64,000 nucleotides of DNA, from IMG/VR virus record IMGVR_UViG_3300044612_001963, positions 419-64,418 of that record. One strand, 5' to 3'. A program made the position numbers and the translations under genes. Of this stretch, positions 1 to 9,189 are shown piece after piece (the stretch's first letter is position 1; every line of letters starts with the position of its first letter). The notes under the pieces were generated by a model. That model was given only the letters and a program-made list of their open reading frames with translations, had not been told where the DNA came from and did not search any database. This DNA is from a virus (Duplodnaviria; Caudoviricetes).

Positions 1-158
1 CAGGCGGCCAAGGATAACCGGGTGGAGGGTGTTGGCGTGGGCTGGGCCTGATCGCTGGTGACAGGCGCGGTGGCAATGCGGGCCATGGCTTGCTGGGTGG
101 GGGTGGTAAGGGTGATCATTGCGGGGTGGGGTTGTGGATGCGGTCGTTGGGGAGGAGG

Positions 159-677
159 TCAGGCCACCTCCCGGTCACGAGGGTCCGCCCAGGCCAGGCC
201 AATCAGGCGGAACAGCTCTGGCTCGGTGCGCACTGGCACCACCGATCCGTCGGCGCGCCGAAGCAGACCGCCTTCGGAGTGGAACCCGCCACGCACCCAG
301 CCCCTGGCCAGCACCTGGTGACTCCACTCTGCGGAGCCAGTGCGGATCGCCCGCTGCAGGCCGTAGCCATCGGCCTCGACCATGAACAGGTCGAGGCCGA
401 TGCCCTCGGGCAGAATCCGCTGCGTGTACTTGCATGGGAGCTCCCCCCGCACCTTCGGCCACTGGTTCACCACGGTGGCTAGGCCGCTGGCGAACAGGGG
501 CGAGGGGTCGTAGGGCTTCGGCACGCAGACGATCTCGATGTCGCCGATCGTGGGCCGCTGCCGTCGGATGCTGCCGGCGAGGCTGATCACCTCGCAGTGC
601 GGGTCGAGCTGCTCCATCACCCCCACGGCGATGGCCTCGGCCTGGGCCAGGGGGATGCGACTGGTGGTGGTGCTCAT
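159..677 (-). CDS. Minimal DNA polymerase X-family nucleotidyltransferase (palm + thumb only)
   Basis: AGSIRR..GDIEIV, LDLF, RTGSAE and C-terminal ELFRLIGLAWADPRDRE motifs of PolX; 172 aa with no 8-kDa or PHP domain. Confidence 0.8.
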   Translation of the reverse strand: MSTTTSRIPLAQAEAIAVGVMEQLDPHCEVISLAGSIRRQRPTIGDIEIVCVPKPYDPSPLFASGLATVVNQWPKVRGELPCKYTQRILPEGIGLDLFMVEADGYGLQRAIRTGSAEWSHQVLARGWVRGGFHSEGGLLRRADGSVVPVRTEPELFRLIGLAWADPRDREVA

Positions 678-814
678 CGGGAGGTGGGGTTGTGGAGTCG
701 GTCGTTCACGATCCGCCGGAGCAGATCGTTCATCCCCTCGCCAGGACGGAGCTGGCGGCGGAGCGACTCAATCTCGGGGAGGGTGAGGCAGATGGTTAGG
801 CGGCGGGTTTCCAT
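674..814 (-). CDS. Small ribbon-helix-helix-like protein (46 aa)
   Basis: METRRLTICLTLPEIESLRRQL..MNDLLRRIV; TAATG and ATGA overlaps with both neighbours; below the ORF-track cutoff. Confidence 0.5.
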   Translation of the reverse strand: METRRLTICLTLPEIESLRRQLRPGEGMNDLLRRIVNDRLHNPTSR

Positions 815-1785
815 TAGGCGGCCTCCATCTCATCAAGGTTGATCAGACTGCCCTGGTCAGGGTCGCGTGTGTCCTCTACGGCGATCTCCATGTTCTTGAT
901 TGCTTGATTGAAATACGACTCTTTCAACTCGATACCGATGCCACGGCGGCCTAGCGACACCGCCCCGTAGACCTCACTGCCCACACCCATAAATGGGGTT
1001 AGCACTGTCTCACCAGGGTTTGACCGCAAGCAGATGGCACGATCGATCACATCCAGTTGCAGCGGGTGAACGTGTTTTTCGTCATCAGGATCCTTGCCAT
1101 CACGAAACGGCAGAACCCGGCCCATGTTGATGTCATCCCAGATAGATGAGGCATACCGACGCCAGATCCAATGGCTGAAACGGTTTTCGGTTTGCTTGCC
1201 TTTCCAGCCCTTGTAGCGGTGCAGCTCTTGGGGAATGGGACACTCTCCAGCGTAATGGTCAAGACCGGTCGGATTGGCGATGGGGATCTTGTTCTCTCCG
1301 CTGCGGCGGAAGATCAGCAAATAATCAGCGGATGCAACACCAGCAAAAGCCGCATCATCCACGATCGTTTTATGCGCCAGGTTCTTCACCATCGTGCGAT
1401 TGCGCACCCATAGCGGTTCTTTCCAGATGGTGTGGCGGGCCACGTAATGCCAGCCGTGCTGCTCATGCAACCGCACAATTGCGCCAGGCAGATCAAACAG
1501 CGCATCCTGCCCGCTGTTGCCGGTTGGAATGTCCGTGCAGTGAACAGCGGTCAACCTGCCAGGCAGTGTTAGGCGGTGCAGTTGCGACACCACATAGCCG
1601 TAGTGAAGCAGGAACTGATCATAGTCGTTGTTGTTGCTGATGTCCCTCTCGTTTGAGCTGTAGACGTACAGGCCAGCGAACGGTGGGGAATAGATCGAAA
1701 AGTGAACGGACTCGCTCGGCAGTCCCTGCATCACTTCGATGCAGTCGCCGTGATAGATCGCGTAACGGTCAGTGATTACAGCCAT
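814..1785 (-). CDS. DNA methyltransferase, N4/N6 beta class
   Basis: Motif IV SPPF near the N-terminus, KHVHPLQ, motif I TPFMGVGS near the C-terminus. Confidence 0.9.
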   Translation of the reverse strand: MAVITDRYAIYHGDCIEVMQGLPSESVHFSIYSPPFAGLYVYSSNERDISNNNDYDQFLLHYGYVVSQLHRLTLPGRLTAVHCTDIPTGNSGQDALFDLPGAIVRLHEQHGWHYVARHTIWKEPLWVRNRTMVKNLAHKTIVDDAAFAGVASADYLLIFRRSGENKIPIANPTGLDHYAGECPIPQELHRYKGWKGKQTENRFSHWIWRRYASSIWDDINMGRVLPFRDGKDPDDEKHVHPLQLDVIDRAICLRSNPGETVLTPFMGVGSEVYGAVSLGRRGIGIELKESYFNQAIKNMEIAVEDTRDPDQGSLINLDEMEAA

Positions 1786-3143
1786 GGCGGCAGGGTGATG
1801 GTGGTAGTGTTGTAGGTGGGCTTGCTGATGGCGATGGAGTGGTTCATCTCTGTCACCAGATTGGAAAACATCTGCTCAGCCTGTTGCCGTTTGCGGCTGA
1901 GGTTTTCCATGATTCGCCGCTCCCCTTCCGTCAGGATGATGTCAACCTTGACGGCATGCTTTTGGCCGAACCGCCAGCATCGGCGGACCGACTGGTAGTA
2001 CTGCTCAAAGCTGTGAGATGGGAAATACGTGATGTGGTTGCAGTGTTGGAAGTTGAGGCCCCATGCGCCGATCTTGGGCTTAGTGATCAGCACCCTGGCG
2101 CGACCTTCTGCAAAGTCCACCAGCCTTGACTCCTTCACATCATCCCGATCAGATCCAGAGACCTGAATTGAGTCGGGGACTAGCTGCTGCAACAGGTTTC
2201 CCTCCTCGTTCAGGTGGCACCACACCAGAGCGGGTTTGCCCGTAGTGGCGACCATGTCCGCGACCTGTTCGCAGCGCTCCTGAACGGTGCGCTTCTTCTC
2301 TGCCCGCTGCTCCCGTAGGTCGGTGGCAGGCATGGCAAACAGCATCCCCTCCGGCACCGTGCTGGTTTCGATCAGGTGATCGATCTCATTCAGTGGCGGC
2401 AGGATGAAGCGGCCATCGTCAAAGCCAAGGTCTGAGGGCTTGCGGCAGGCCCTGGCCCAGCTGGTGACCCATCTCCAGAACGGCTGCTCAGCGTGCCCCT
2501 TAAAGCGCCATTTAGGAGCCTCTCCGTACATCCGCCGGCTAGTCAGGTTGTTCTGGTCGTTCTTGAAGAACCGCGCCAGCATGTCCATGTGGCCCATGTA
2601 GCCGAGGGCCTCAGAGCTGGTGCCCAGCTCAATGAAGTCATTGGGCGCGGCGGTGGCGGTGGCCAGCAGCCGGTAGGGCACCTTGCGCATGAAGTCGGTG
2701 ATCTCGTTACGGCGTGCCCCGTCAAACGACTTGAGGATGCTGGATTCATCGCAGACAACACCGCCGAAGTCGGCGGGGTTGAATGCTGACAGCCGTTCAT
2801 AGTTCGTGATCACGATCCGCCCCATCACGCTGCCATCGCTGGAGCGGTGAGCCTCAATGCCGAACTTTTCACCCTCGCGGATGGTCTGCGCGGCGACGGC
2901 CAGCGGGGTCAGGATCAGCACCGGGCGGCCGGTGTGACGCGCCACGTTTTCAGCCCATGTGAGCTGCATGGCGGTTTTGCCCAGGCCGCAGTCCGCAAAG
3001 ATTGCAGCGCGGCCCTTGCGGACAGCCCACTCGACTAGGGCTTGCTGGAAGTCAAACAGCTGCGGCGGCATGAACACTGGATCGAAGCCGTGGTCGGCGC
3101 CGGTGTGGAGCTTGCGGTCTAGGAACTCGGCGTAGGTGGTCAT
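1776..3143 (-). CDS. SNF2-like SF2 helicase
   Basis: GLGKT Walker A, DESS Walker B variant, TAT motif III, GLNFQ and QSVRRCWRFGQ motif VI. Confidence 0.88.
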   Translation of the reverse strand: MTTYAEFLDRKLHTGADHGFDPVFMPPQLFDFQQALVEWAVRKGRAAIFADCGLGKTAMQLTWAENVARHTGRPVLILTPLAVAAQTIREGEKFGIEAHRSSDGSVMGRIVITNYERLSAFNPADFGGVVCDESSILKSFDGARRNEITDFMRKVPYRLLATATAAPNDFIELGTSSEALGYMGHMDMLARFFKNDQNNLTSRRMYGEAPKWRFKGHAEQPFWRWVTSWARACRKPSDLGFDDGRFILPPLNEIDHLIETSTVPEGMLFAMPATDLREQRAEKKRTVQERCEQVADMVATTGKPALVWCHLNEEGNLLQQLVPDSIQVSGSDRDDVKESRLVDFAEGRARVLITKPKIGAWGLNFQHCNHITYFPSHSFEQYYQSVRRCWRFGQKHAVKVDIILTEGERRIMENLSRKRQQAEQMFSNLVTEMNHSIAISKPTYNTTTITLPPWL

Positions 3144-3358
3144 CGCAGATCCTCCCGCAGCATCCGCGCTGCGTCGTGCGCCGACAGCCGGCCCTCATTG
3201 CGCTGGTGCATCACCAGCAGCTCAGCGGCCAGATGCTCGATCACGGCAGCCACGCCACGGCGGCGGGCGGAGGCGTCGGGCCAGGCCTGCAGTGCATCGT
3301 TGAAGGCCTCTTCATAGGCCACGGTGCAGCGGCCTAGCAGGGTGTTGTCAGGCATCAC
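3140..3358 (-). CDS. Hypothetical protein
   Basis: ATGA overlap with the helicase; same leftward operon. Confidence 0.55.
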   Translation of the reverse strand: MMPDNTLLGRCTVAYEEAFNDALQAWPDASARRRGVAAVIEHLAAELLVMHQRNEGRLSAHDAARMLREDLR

Positions 3359-3476
3359 TCCCCCTCCCCCACCAACCGCTCACACAATGCCCACCACAGC
3401 GACGTGGCCAGGGCGGCGGTGCCGACAATGATCAGCACGGCGATGCTTTCGACCATGCCGGCGAGGATGGAGAGGG

Positions 3477-3764
3477 TCACTGGGATACCTCCGCATCGGC
3501 CGGTGGTTTCATGGCCTGGATTCGGCCGTGCTCGTTTTGTGCACGCTCGAGCCGGCTACGGGCGGCGTCCAGTTCGAGCTCAGCCTTGGCCAGCATCGCG
3601 GCGTGGGCATCGGCCCAGGTTTCGTGGTAACTGGCCCAGCTGCCTGATCGGGATTCGCGGCGGCCGTTGCGCTCAGCAGGCCACACGAAACCGGCTGTGA
3701 CCTTGGTGCAGGGGACGGGCTTGATTTCGCCCCACGAGAGGCACCACATCGTGATGGTGCTCAC
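3477..3764 (-). CDS. Hypothetical protein
   Basis: Tightly packed in the leftward operon. Confidence 0.55.
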   Translation of the reverse strand: MSTITMWCLSWGEIKPVPCTKVTAGFVWPAERNGRRESRSGSWASYHETWADAHAAMLAKAELELDAARSRLERAQNEHGRIQAMKPPADAEVSQ

Positions 3765-4039
3765 AACTCCACCTCCCTCACCTGCTGCCGCAGCGCCCGC
3801 AGCAGCACCGCCGTGGGCGATTCCCTGAGCATCCCCAGCTGGTGATCGATCAGCATCAGCACCCGGCCGCGCATCAGCTCCTGGCCCTGGGATAGGGCAG
3901 CCTGCAGCGCCGGGGATTCGTGCAGCGCCTCAGTGGCACGGGCCACGGCGGCCTGCTCGGCGGCGAGGGCTTGGCGGTCGGTTTCGATGTAGGCCAGCAG
4001 GTCGTTCAGCTGCTGGCGGATGGTGTCGATTTTCGGCAT
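3761..4039 (-). CDS. Hypothetical coiled-coil protein
   Basis: Starts 3 bp after the ssb stop and overlaps the next ORF. Confidence 0.6.
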   Translation of the reverse strand: MPKIDTIRQQLNDLLAYIETDRQALAAEQAAVARATEALHESPALQAALSQGQELMRGRVLMLIDHQLGMLRESPTAVLLRALRQQVREVEL

Positions 4040-4042
4040 GGG

Positions 4043-4492
4043 TCAGAAGGGAACGTCGTCTTCGTTGATGTCGCTAGCGCTCGACTCCCACACCGACCCA
4101 CCGGCAGCAGGTACTGCAGCAGGCTTGGCAGCGGTGGCCGGCGCGGTGGTGTCAACCGGCGCCCAGCTGTGCAGCTTCAGTACCGGCTGGTGGCGGGGCT
4201 CGCCGGTTTGCTTATCGGTCCATGACTCGAAACGGATCCGACCGGTGCAGTCGATCAGCTGGCCTTTCTTGGCGTTGTTGGCGAACTCTTGGGCTGCCTC
4301 AAACCAGATTTCAAGCTTCAGCCAATCAGGCTCCTTGCCGTCATCACGACCCTTCTTTTCAGGGTTATCAACTGCAATCTTGGCGTTGGCCACCATGGAG
4401 TTGGCGAGGTACTTGATCTCAGGGTCGGCAGCCAGTCGGCCACGGAAGCTGTAGGTCTGGGCGCGGAGCAGGGTCTGGACTAGAGCGTTCAT
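4043..4492 (-). CDS. ssb: Single-stranded DNA-binding protein
   Basis: GRLAADPEIKY, KKGQLIDCTGRIRFESWTDKQTGE, acidic tail EDDVPF. Confidence 0.93.
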   Translation of the reverse strand: MNALVQTLLRAQTYSFRGRLAADPEIKYLANSMVANAKIAVDNPEKKGRDDGKEPDWLKLEIWFEAAQEFANNAKKGQLIDCTGRIRFESWTDKQTGEPRHQPVLKLHSWAPVDTTAPATAAKPAAVPAAGGSVWESSASDINEDDVPF

Positions 4493-4537
4493 GGTGGGTG
4501 TTGTGGTTGTTAAACAGCATCGCAGCAGGGCAGCCGA

Positions 4538-5581
4538 TCAGGCCGCCCATGCTGCTGGCAGGTCGTCCGGGTCGTCCTGCTCGTCGGGATCTGGGAATCC
4601 AGGCTCGCTGAACACCTCAGCCGGCACAGAGTCATCGGCAGCTGGTGCCGGTGCCGCCGCCGGTGCGCTCCCCAGGTCCAGCGCCGCCCCGGTCCTGCTG
4701 TCTGCCCCAGCATTCCACGACTGGATGATCCCTGCTGTGTTTAGCGCATGGTTCATCAGGTGCTGGAGCACCGCCGGCTTGGCACCCTCCAGCGTGCCCG
4801 TACTGCTGCCAGTGCACTGCGCCAGCATCGCTTGCTGGCCTAGCTCGGTCAGTCCAACAGCTCGGGCCTTCGCCATGATCTGCTGCGCCATCGTCATCGG
4901 CGGTGCACCTTCGTCAAGCCATGACGCCATCGCGGCACCCAGATCCTCGCCGGGCTTTTCAATGATCTGATCTTGGAACTTCCCAGAGCGATCCTTGAGT
5001 ACCGTCAGCATGTGCTCAGTGGTCAGCTCAAACAGCATGTCGAACTCGTACTCGATTCCCTTGCCTTGCTCAGGCGTCAGGCCAACGCGCACTGGCTTGC
5101 TCTTGCCGCCGCCAGTCTGCTCGGTGCTCCACTCGGTCTTCGATCGCATCGTGGCAATCACGTGACCTGGGAAGTCAAGGATGGCATCAACGAGTGCTTT
5201 CTGCTTCGGCGTCCCCTCAGACCAGGCTGACCAGGTATTCCCCCGGTACTTGGCCTTAGCGATGGCATCGATCTCAGTCAGCAGCTCTTGCCATGCGTGA
5301 GTCATGCTGTCAATGATCAGCACGTTGTAACCGGCCTGGCCGGCAGCGTTGATAGCGGTCACGTAATCCTTGATCGTGTGCTGCTTACTGGGCAGGTTGC
5401 ACACGTCAAAATCAAACCGATCGGCGTACTTCGATGCGGTGCCCCGCTCGCTGTCAACAACAGCTATGGGACCGCCAATGCCGGTCGCGAGCCGCAATGC
5501 GGTAAAGGTCTTGCCAGCTCCTGACGGGCCGAACAGCGCGGCCCGGAGCTTGGCGGCCTCCTTGGTGGCCTTCTGAAACAT
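4538..5581 (-). CDS. Sak4-like (AAA_24 / RecA-fold) single-strand annealing ATPase
   Basis: GPSGAGKT, VDSERG, IIDSMTHAW, IEYEFD motifs; directly upstream of ssb. Confidence 0.82.
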   Translation of the reverse strand: MFQKATKEAAKLRAALFGPSGAGKTFTALRLATGIGGPIAVVDSERGTASKYADRFDFDVCNLPSKQHTIKDYVTAINAAGQAGYNVLIIDSMTHAWQELLTEIDAIAKAKYRGNTWSAWSEGTPKQKALVDAILDFPGHVIATMRSKTEWSTEQTGGGKSKPVRVGLTPEQGKGIEYEFDMLFELTTEHMLTVLKDRSGKFQDQIIEKPGEDLGAAMASWLDEGAPPMTMAQQIMAKARAVGLTELGQQAMLAQCTGSSTGTLEGAKPAVLQHLMNHALNTAGIIQSWNAGADSRTGAALDLGSAPAAAPAPAADDSVPAEVFSEPGFPDPDEQDDPDDLPAAWAA

Positions 5582-5607
5582 GGTGGTGTGTGGTGGTGGC
5601 TCCCCGT

Positions 5608-5637
5608 ACTATACCGTTGCGGTTGCGAAAACGCACC
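5608..5637 (-). promoter_or_regulatory. Sigma70-type promoter overlapping a palindromic operator (DNA-metabolism operon)
   Basis: Minus strand GTGCGT-17-TATAGT; operator-like GTTGCGGTTGCGAAAACGCACC at 5616-5637. Confidence 0.65.
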
Positions 5638-5842
5638 CCCCCCCCCATGCAGTTGCTGCATAGCAACGGCTGCTGCATTTCTGCACTAAAACGCAGCACA
5701 TCGGCCTCACCCCTCATGATCCGTATCCACTGCGCCACCCAGGACGAAGCCGACGCCGCCTGGCGCATGCTCACCCACGTCCCTGATCCCGACTTCCAGC
5801 CGGTCGCCCTACACCTGGACGGTCACGGCCAGCTCTACGTCG

Positions 5843-6691
5843 TCACTCGTGACCAGGAGGGCTCCCAGACATCAGCTCATCTCTCAGCTCACGTGGTCCG
5901 TACAGACCAGGCTTGAGCCGCCGGATAATGCGGATCATTTCCGCCAGGGCATGCAGCTCGCCTTCCAGCTCATCTGCGCTCAGCACGTGCTCACCAGCAA
6001 TCACCCGCCGCATCCGCTGCTGCCGACCCCGATCACCGACCGGGTATGCCTGCATCAGGTTACGAGCGCCAACCATCGGCCCCCAGTTCCGCTCGCCGCA
6101 GATCCGGTCCAGCAGCTGCGCCAACGCGCCACTTGCAAGCCGTGCATCCGTCGCGGTCATCGGCGCGGCGCCCAGGTATGGCAGGTCGAGGTAGCCGGCC
6201 AGCACCTCGGCCATGTCGGCGAACTCCAGCGGTTCGTTGGGATGATCAGGATGCGGCAGCCATGCGGCGGAATCCAGCCATTTATCCTGCACGCCCCAGC
6301 CTGTATGGGGCCCGAGCTTCCGATGCGCGTACTCGCTGCCCTTTACCTGCCACAGCCAGATCGCCTGATTGGCGGCCGCCATGGCGTCCAAATGTCGCCA
6401 GCTGGCGCCACGTGTGCGGCTGCCAGACTTGATCCGGCTGAGGGTGCCCTTATCCAGCATCCCCCGCTCGTTCAGGCCCCAATCAGCAATCAGCAGCAGC
6501 TGCTCATAGCTCAGCCCTGATCGCGTCAGCCAGTAGTTCAGCAGCGATGACAGGTGCCGCACCCCGTTTTCGTGTCGGATCGTCGCCAGCCGCAAGGGTT
6601 CTGCCAGCCCGCCAAGCGGTTCTGGCGGTGGCTCGGGGCCGTTGGAAAACGGGAACGGCAGATCGGGGTGAGCCCCTGCGGTTAGTTTCAT
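5843..6691 (-). CDS. XRE-like HTH protein, candidate repressor
   Basis: GLSYEQL...LDKGTLSRIKSG HTH-like segment; degenerate operator copy upstream at 6732-6753. Confidence 0.5.
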   Translation of the reverse strand: MKLTAGAHPDLPFPFSNGPEPPPEPLGGLAEPLRLATIRHENGVRHLSSLLNYWLTRSGLSYEQLLLIADWGLNERGMLDKGTLSRIKSGSRTRGASWRHLDAMAAANQAIWLWQVKGSEYAHRKLGPHTGWGVQDKWLDSAAWLPHPDHPNEPLEFADMAEVLAGYLDLPYLGAAPMTATDARLASGALAQLLDRICGERNWGPMVGARNLMQAYPVGDRGRQQRMRRVIAGEHVLSADELEGELHALAEMIRIIRRLKPGLYGPRELRDELMSGSPPGHE

Positions 6692-7113
6692 TGGCCAACC
6701 GTACCGCTATTGGTTGGTGTCGCGCTATGCAGTAGCGATTGTGCTTCCGCAACGCTACGAACTACACCCGAAATGCCCCCCGCTGCAGCGATGTGGTTGA
6801 GAAACGTTGCCTGCTCCGCCGTGGGGCGGCCCCGTTCGCTCTTCACCTCCAGCGCCACGAACTGTGCCAGCTCACCCACCCGCCGGTAGCCGATCAGGTC
6901 ACTCGACCCGACGCATAGGCCAGCGTGCAGCGGCCGGCCGTTCCTGATCACCACGTCACCAGGCCGCAGACCAGCCGCCACCGCCCGCAGGTTCCCAGCC
7001 GTCACCCTGGTGGACTGCCCGGCCCAGCCCAGTCCGGTGTTGTTCCGCCACAGCCGCACGTCACCGCTGCCGCAGCTCAGCAGGATCCGTTGCTGAACAG
7101 CATGTTCTGACAT
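6688..7113 (-). CDS. VRR-NUC domain nuclease
   Basis: MSEHAVQQRI, WRNNTG, GSSDLIG, ALEVKSERGRPTAEQ (PD-D/ExK); start moved to ATG 7113. Confidence 0.88.
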   Translation of the reverse strand: MSEHAVQQRILLSCGSGDVRLWRNNTGLGWAGQSTRVTAGNLRAVAAGLRPGDVVIRNGRPLHAGLCVGSSDLIGYRRVGELAQFVALEVKSERGRPTAEQATFLNHIAAAGGISGVVRSVAEAQSLLHSATPTNSGTVGQ

Positions 7114-7165
7114 TCGCTGCCGTTGCGATTGTGAAACGCCATAGTGCCACCAGAGAACACTTCTC

Positions 7166-7193
7166 GCCCCGCCCTGGTCCGGCGGGGTTTTTT
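7166..7193 (+). terminator. Rho-independent terminator upstream of the lysis cassette
   Basis: CCCCGCC-ctggtcc-GGCGGGG followed by T6. Confidence 0.6.
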
Positions 7194-7203
7194 CTTGCAG
7201 GCC

Positions 7204-7211
7204 GGAAAACT
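7204..7211 (+). promoter_or_regulatory. Putative phage-sigma late promoter motif
   Basis: GGAAAACT 26 bp before the first lysis ORF. Confidence 0.6.
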
Positions 7212-7237
7212 CAGGTAGCCCGCCTGCAGCTGAATCG

Positions 7238-7495
7238 ATGAATCGCCAGAGCATCCTGGCCGGCATGTTCTCTGCTGCCACCCTTTCAGTGTTGGTGGGC
7301 ACGGTTTACATCATCGACTGCCGTCGCTCTGGTGGCGAGGTGGACAAGTGCTGGCTGACCGGTGCGCCATTTATGGGCCTGGGCGGTGCTGCCGGTGGTG
7401 CGTTCCAGTTGGGCTACGAAACATTGAATCCCAGGCTCCGTAAGGACGACGCCCCGCCTGGCGCCCGCAGATTCCCGACCGACCCGGACGCATGA
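7238..7495 (+). CDS. Membrane protein, putative holin
   Basis: Two hydrophobic segments and a charged C-terminus; first gene of the lysis cassette. Confidence 0.5.
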   Translation: MNRQSILAGMFSAATLSVLVGTVYIIDCRRSGGEVDKCWLTGAPFMGLGGAAGGAFQLGYETLNPRLRKDDAPPGARRFPTDPDA

Positions 7496-7638
7496 ACGAT
7501 CTCCACTTGGTGGCCGATCTGCTGCTGGCCAAGCTCGCCTGGACAGCCGTTGTGGAGCTGCTGTTCAAACCGGTCCTGTTTCGCCTCTACGCCCACGCCG
7601 ATCAAGCCACTGGCGACCGCTTGCCTGATCTGAAATGA
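7492..7638 (+). CDS. Small hydrophobic lysis-cassette protein (48 aa)
   Basis: MNDLHLVADLLLAKLAWTAVVELLFKPVLFRLY...; ATGA overlaps on both sides. Confidence 0.55.
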   Translation: MNDLHLVADLLLAKLAWTAVVELLFKPVLFRLYAHADQATGDRLPDLK

Positions 7639-8825
7639 CACTCGCCTCAGTCCGCGCCGCTGCTGAGCACGTCGCACGGGTCGGATCGATCACACCTCAC
7701 CAGCTGGCCGCTCTGGGACGGTTGGATGAACGCTTGAAGGCGCACCCGGACATATTGCAGGAGTTCACCGAAGGCTGGAGGGCCGCTGGCAGCCCGGCGG
7801 CACCGGCGCCCGTGGCTGCCTGGTTAGCACCGGCTCAGCGGATCGTGAAGGAATTTGAGGGTTGCAAACTCCAGGCCTATATCTGCCCTGCTGGTGTGCC
7901 AACGATCGGATGGGGCAGCACCACCATCGGCGGCAAGGTGGTGCGTGAGGGCCAATCCATCAGCCAGGCACAGGCCGATGCTCAGCTGAACGCCGACCTG
8001 CAGCGGTTCTACGACGCGCTCGCCCGTGCCATCCCTGCAGTCACCAGCTGGCCAGGAAACAGGGTGGCGGCACTTGTAAGTTGGACTTACAACATCGGCG
8101 TCGGCGCCATGCAGGATTCAACCCTGCGGCGCCGAATCCTGGCCGGTGAGGATCCCGCCAAGGTGGCCGCCGAGGAGCTCCCCAGGTGGATCAACAAAGG
8201 AACCCCAGTCGAGGCAGGCCTCACCCGTCGCCGTGCTGCAGAGCTGTCGTTGTTCCTGGGGCAGCAGCTGCAGCAGCAGACCGGCTACGGAAACCCGCTG
8301 CAAGTGCCCTGGTACGCGCAGATGGACTCAGCCGACCGGGCCCAGGCGGCGCGGATGTGTTTCAGCTCCAGCTGCGCCATGCTGCTCCAGTACCTCAAGC
8401 CCGGCACGCTCACCGGCCCGAACGGCGACGACCAGTACCTCAAACGGGTCCAGCAGTTCGGCGACACCACTGACCCAACCGCGCAGATCAGGGCGCTGTC
8501 GAGCTATGGCGTCAAGGCACGATTCACCAAGGTGGCCGGCTGGCGAGTGGTGGAAGATCAGATCGCCAAGGGCATCCCCGTGCCCTGCGGGTTCCTGCAC
8601 CGTGGCCCCGTGTCAGCACCATCCGGCGGCGGCCACTGGCTGATCGTGGTAGGCCACACCCGAGATCACCTCATCGTGCATGACCCCTTCGGCGAAGCTG
8701 ACATGGTGAACGGCACCACGTTGGGAGGTGTGGCACGGTTCGCCAGATACAGCCGGCGGAATTTTGGGCCTCGGTGGATGGTCGAGGGCGCCAACACCGG
8801 CTGGGCCGTCATCGCCGAGCGCTAA
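7635..8825 (+). CDS. Endolysin: GH24 lysozyme fused to a C39-like peptidase
   Basis: EFEGCKLQAYICPAGVPTIGWG and GLTRRRAAE (GH24); CFSSSC, GGGHW, HDPFG (Cys-His-Asp). Confidence 0.9.
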   Translation: MTLASVRAAAEHVARVGSITPHQLAALGRLDERLKAHPDILQEFTEGWRAAGSPAAPAPVAAWLAPAQRIVKEFEGCKLQAYICPAGVPTIGWGSTTIGGKVVREGQSISQAQADAQLNADLQRFYDALARAIPAVTSWPGNRVAALVSWTYNIGVGAMQDSTLRRRILAGEDPAKVAAEELPRWINKGTPVEAGLTRRRAAELSLFLGQQLQQQTGYGNPLQVPWYAQMDSADRAQAARMCFSSSCAMLLQYLKPGTLTGPNGDDQYLKRVQQFGDTTDPTAQIRALSSYGVKARFTKVAGWRVVEDQIAKGIPVPCGFLHRGPVSAPSGGGHWLIVVGHTRDHLIVHDPFGEADMVNGTTLGGVARFARYSRRNFGPRWMVEGANTGWAVIAER

Positions 8826-8861
8826 CCCGACAGGAAACCTACCGGTAGAGGCTCGCTGCCC

Positions 8862-9188
8862 ATGTCGGAGTTCCGATCGCTGATCGATGAAACCGAACTC
8901 CAGACCAAACGAGCAACCAAACACCGATTCAGAGCACGAATCTTTGAGGCCTGGGGTCACCAGTGCGCCTACTGTGCTGAACGCGCAGACACGTTGGATC
9001 ACGTCATCCCGCGCTCCGCTGGTGGCCTGACCGTGGCCCAGAATCTGGTGCCAGCCTGCCGGCGATGCAACCTGGCTAAATCGAGCGTCAGCTGGCGGGA
9101 GTGGTTCGCCGCTCAGGCCTGGCACTGCCCCGACCGTGCATTACGAATCGATGGCTGGCTGGGTGCGGCGCAGCGGGAAGCGGCGTGA
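8862..9188 (+). CDS. HNH endonuclease
   Basis: CAYC..TLDHVIPRSAGG..NLVPACRRCN; GGAAACCT at 8833. Confidence 0.9.
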   Translation: MSEFRSLIDETELQTKRATKHRFRARIFEAWGHQCAYCAERADTLDHVIPRSAGGLTVAQNLVPACRRCNLAKSSVSWREWFAAQAWHCPDRALRIDGWLGAAQREAA

Positions 9189-9189
9189 G

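Noticed and set aside
7114-7302. N-terminal extension of the VRR-NUC ORF in the track
   Set aside because: Crosses a terminator, a late motif and the opposite-strand holin-like gene; domain begins at ATG 7113
814-9188. Restriction-modification or defence system from MTase, SNF2, VRR-NUC and HNH
   Set aside because: These are common phage replication and packaging genes in separate transcription units
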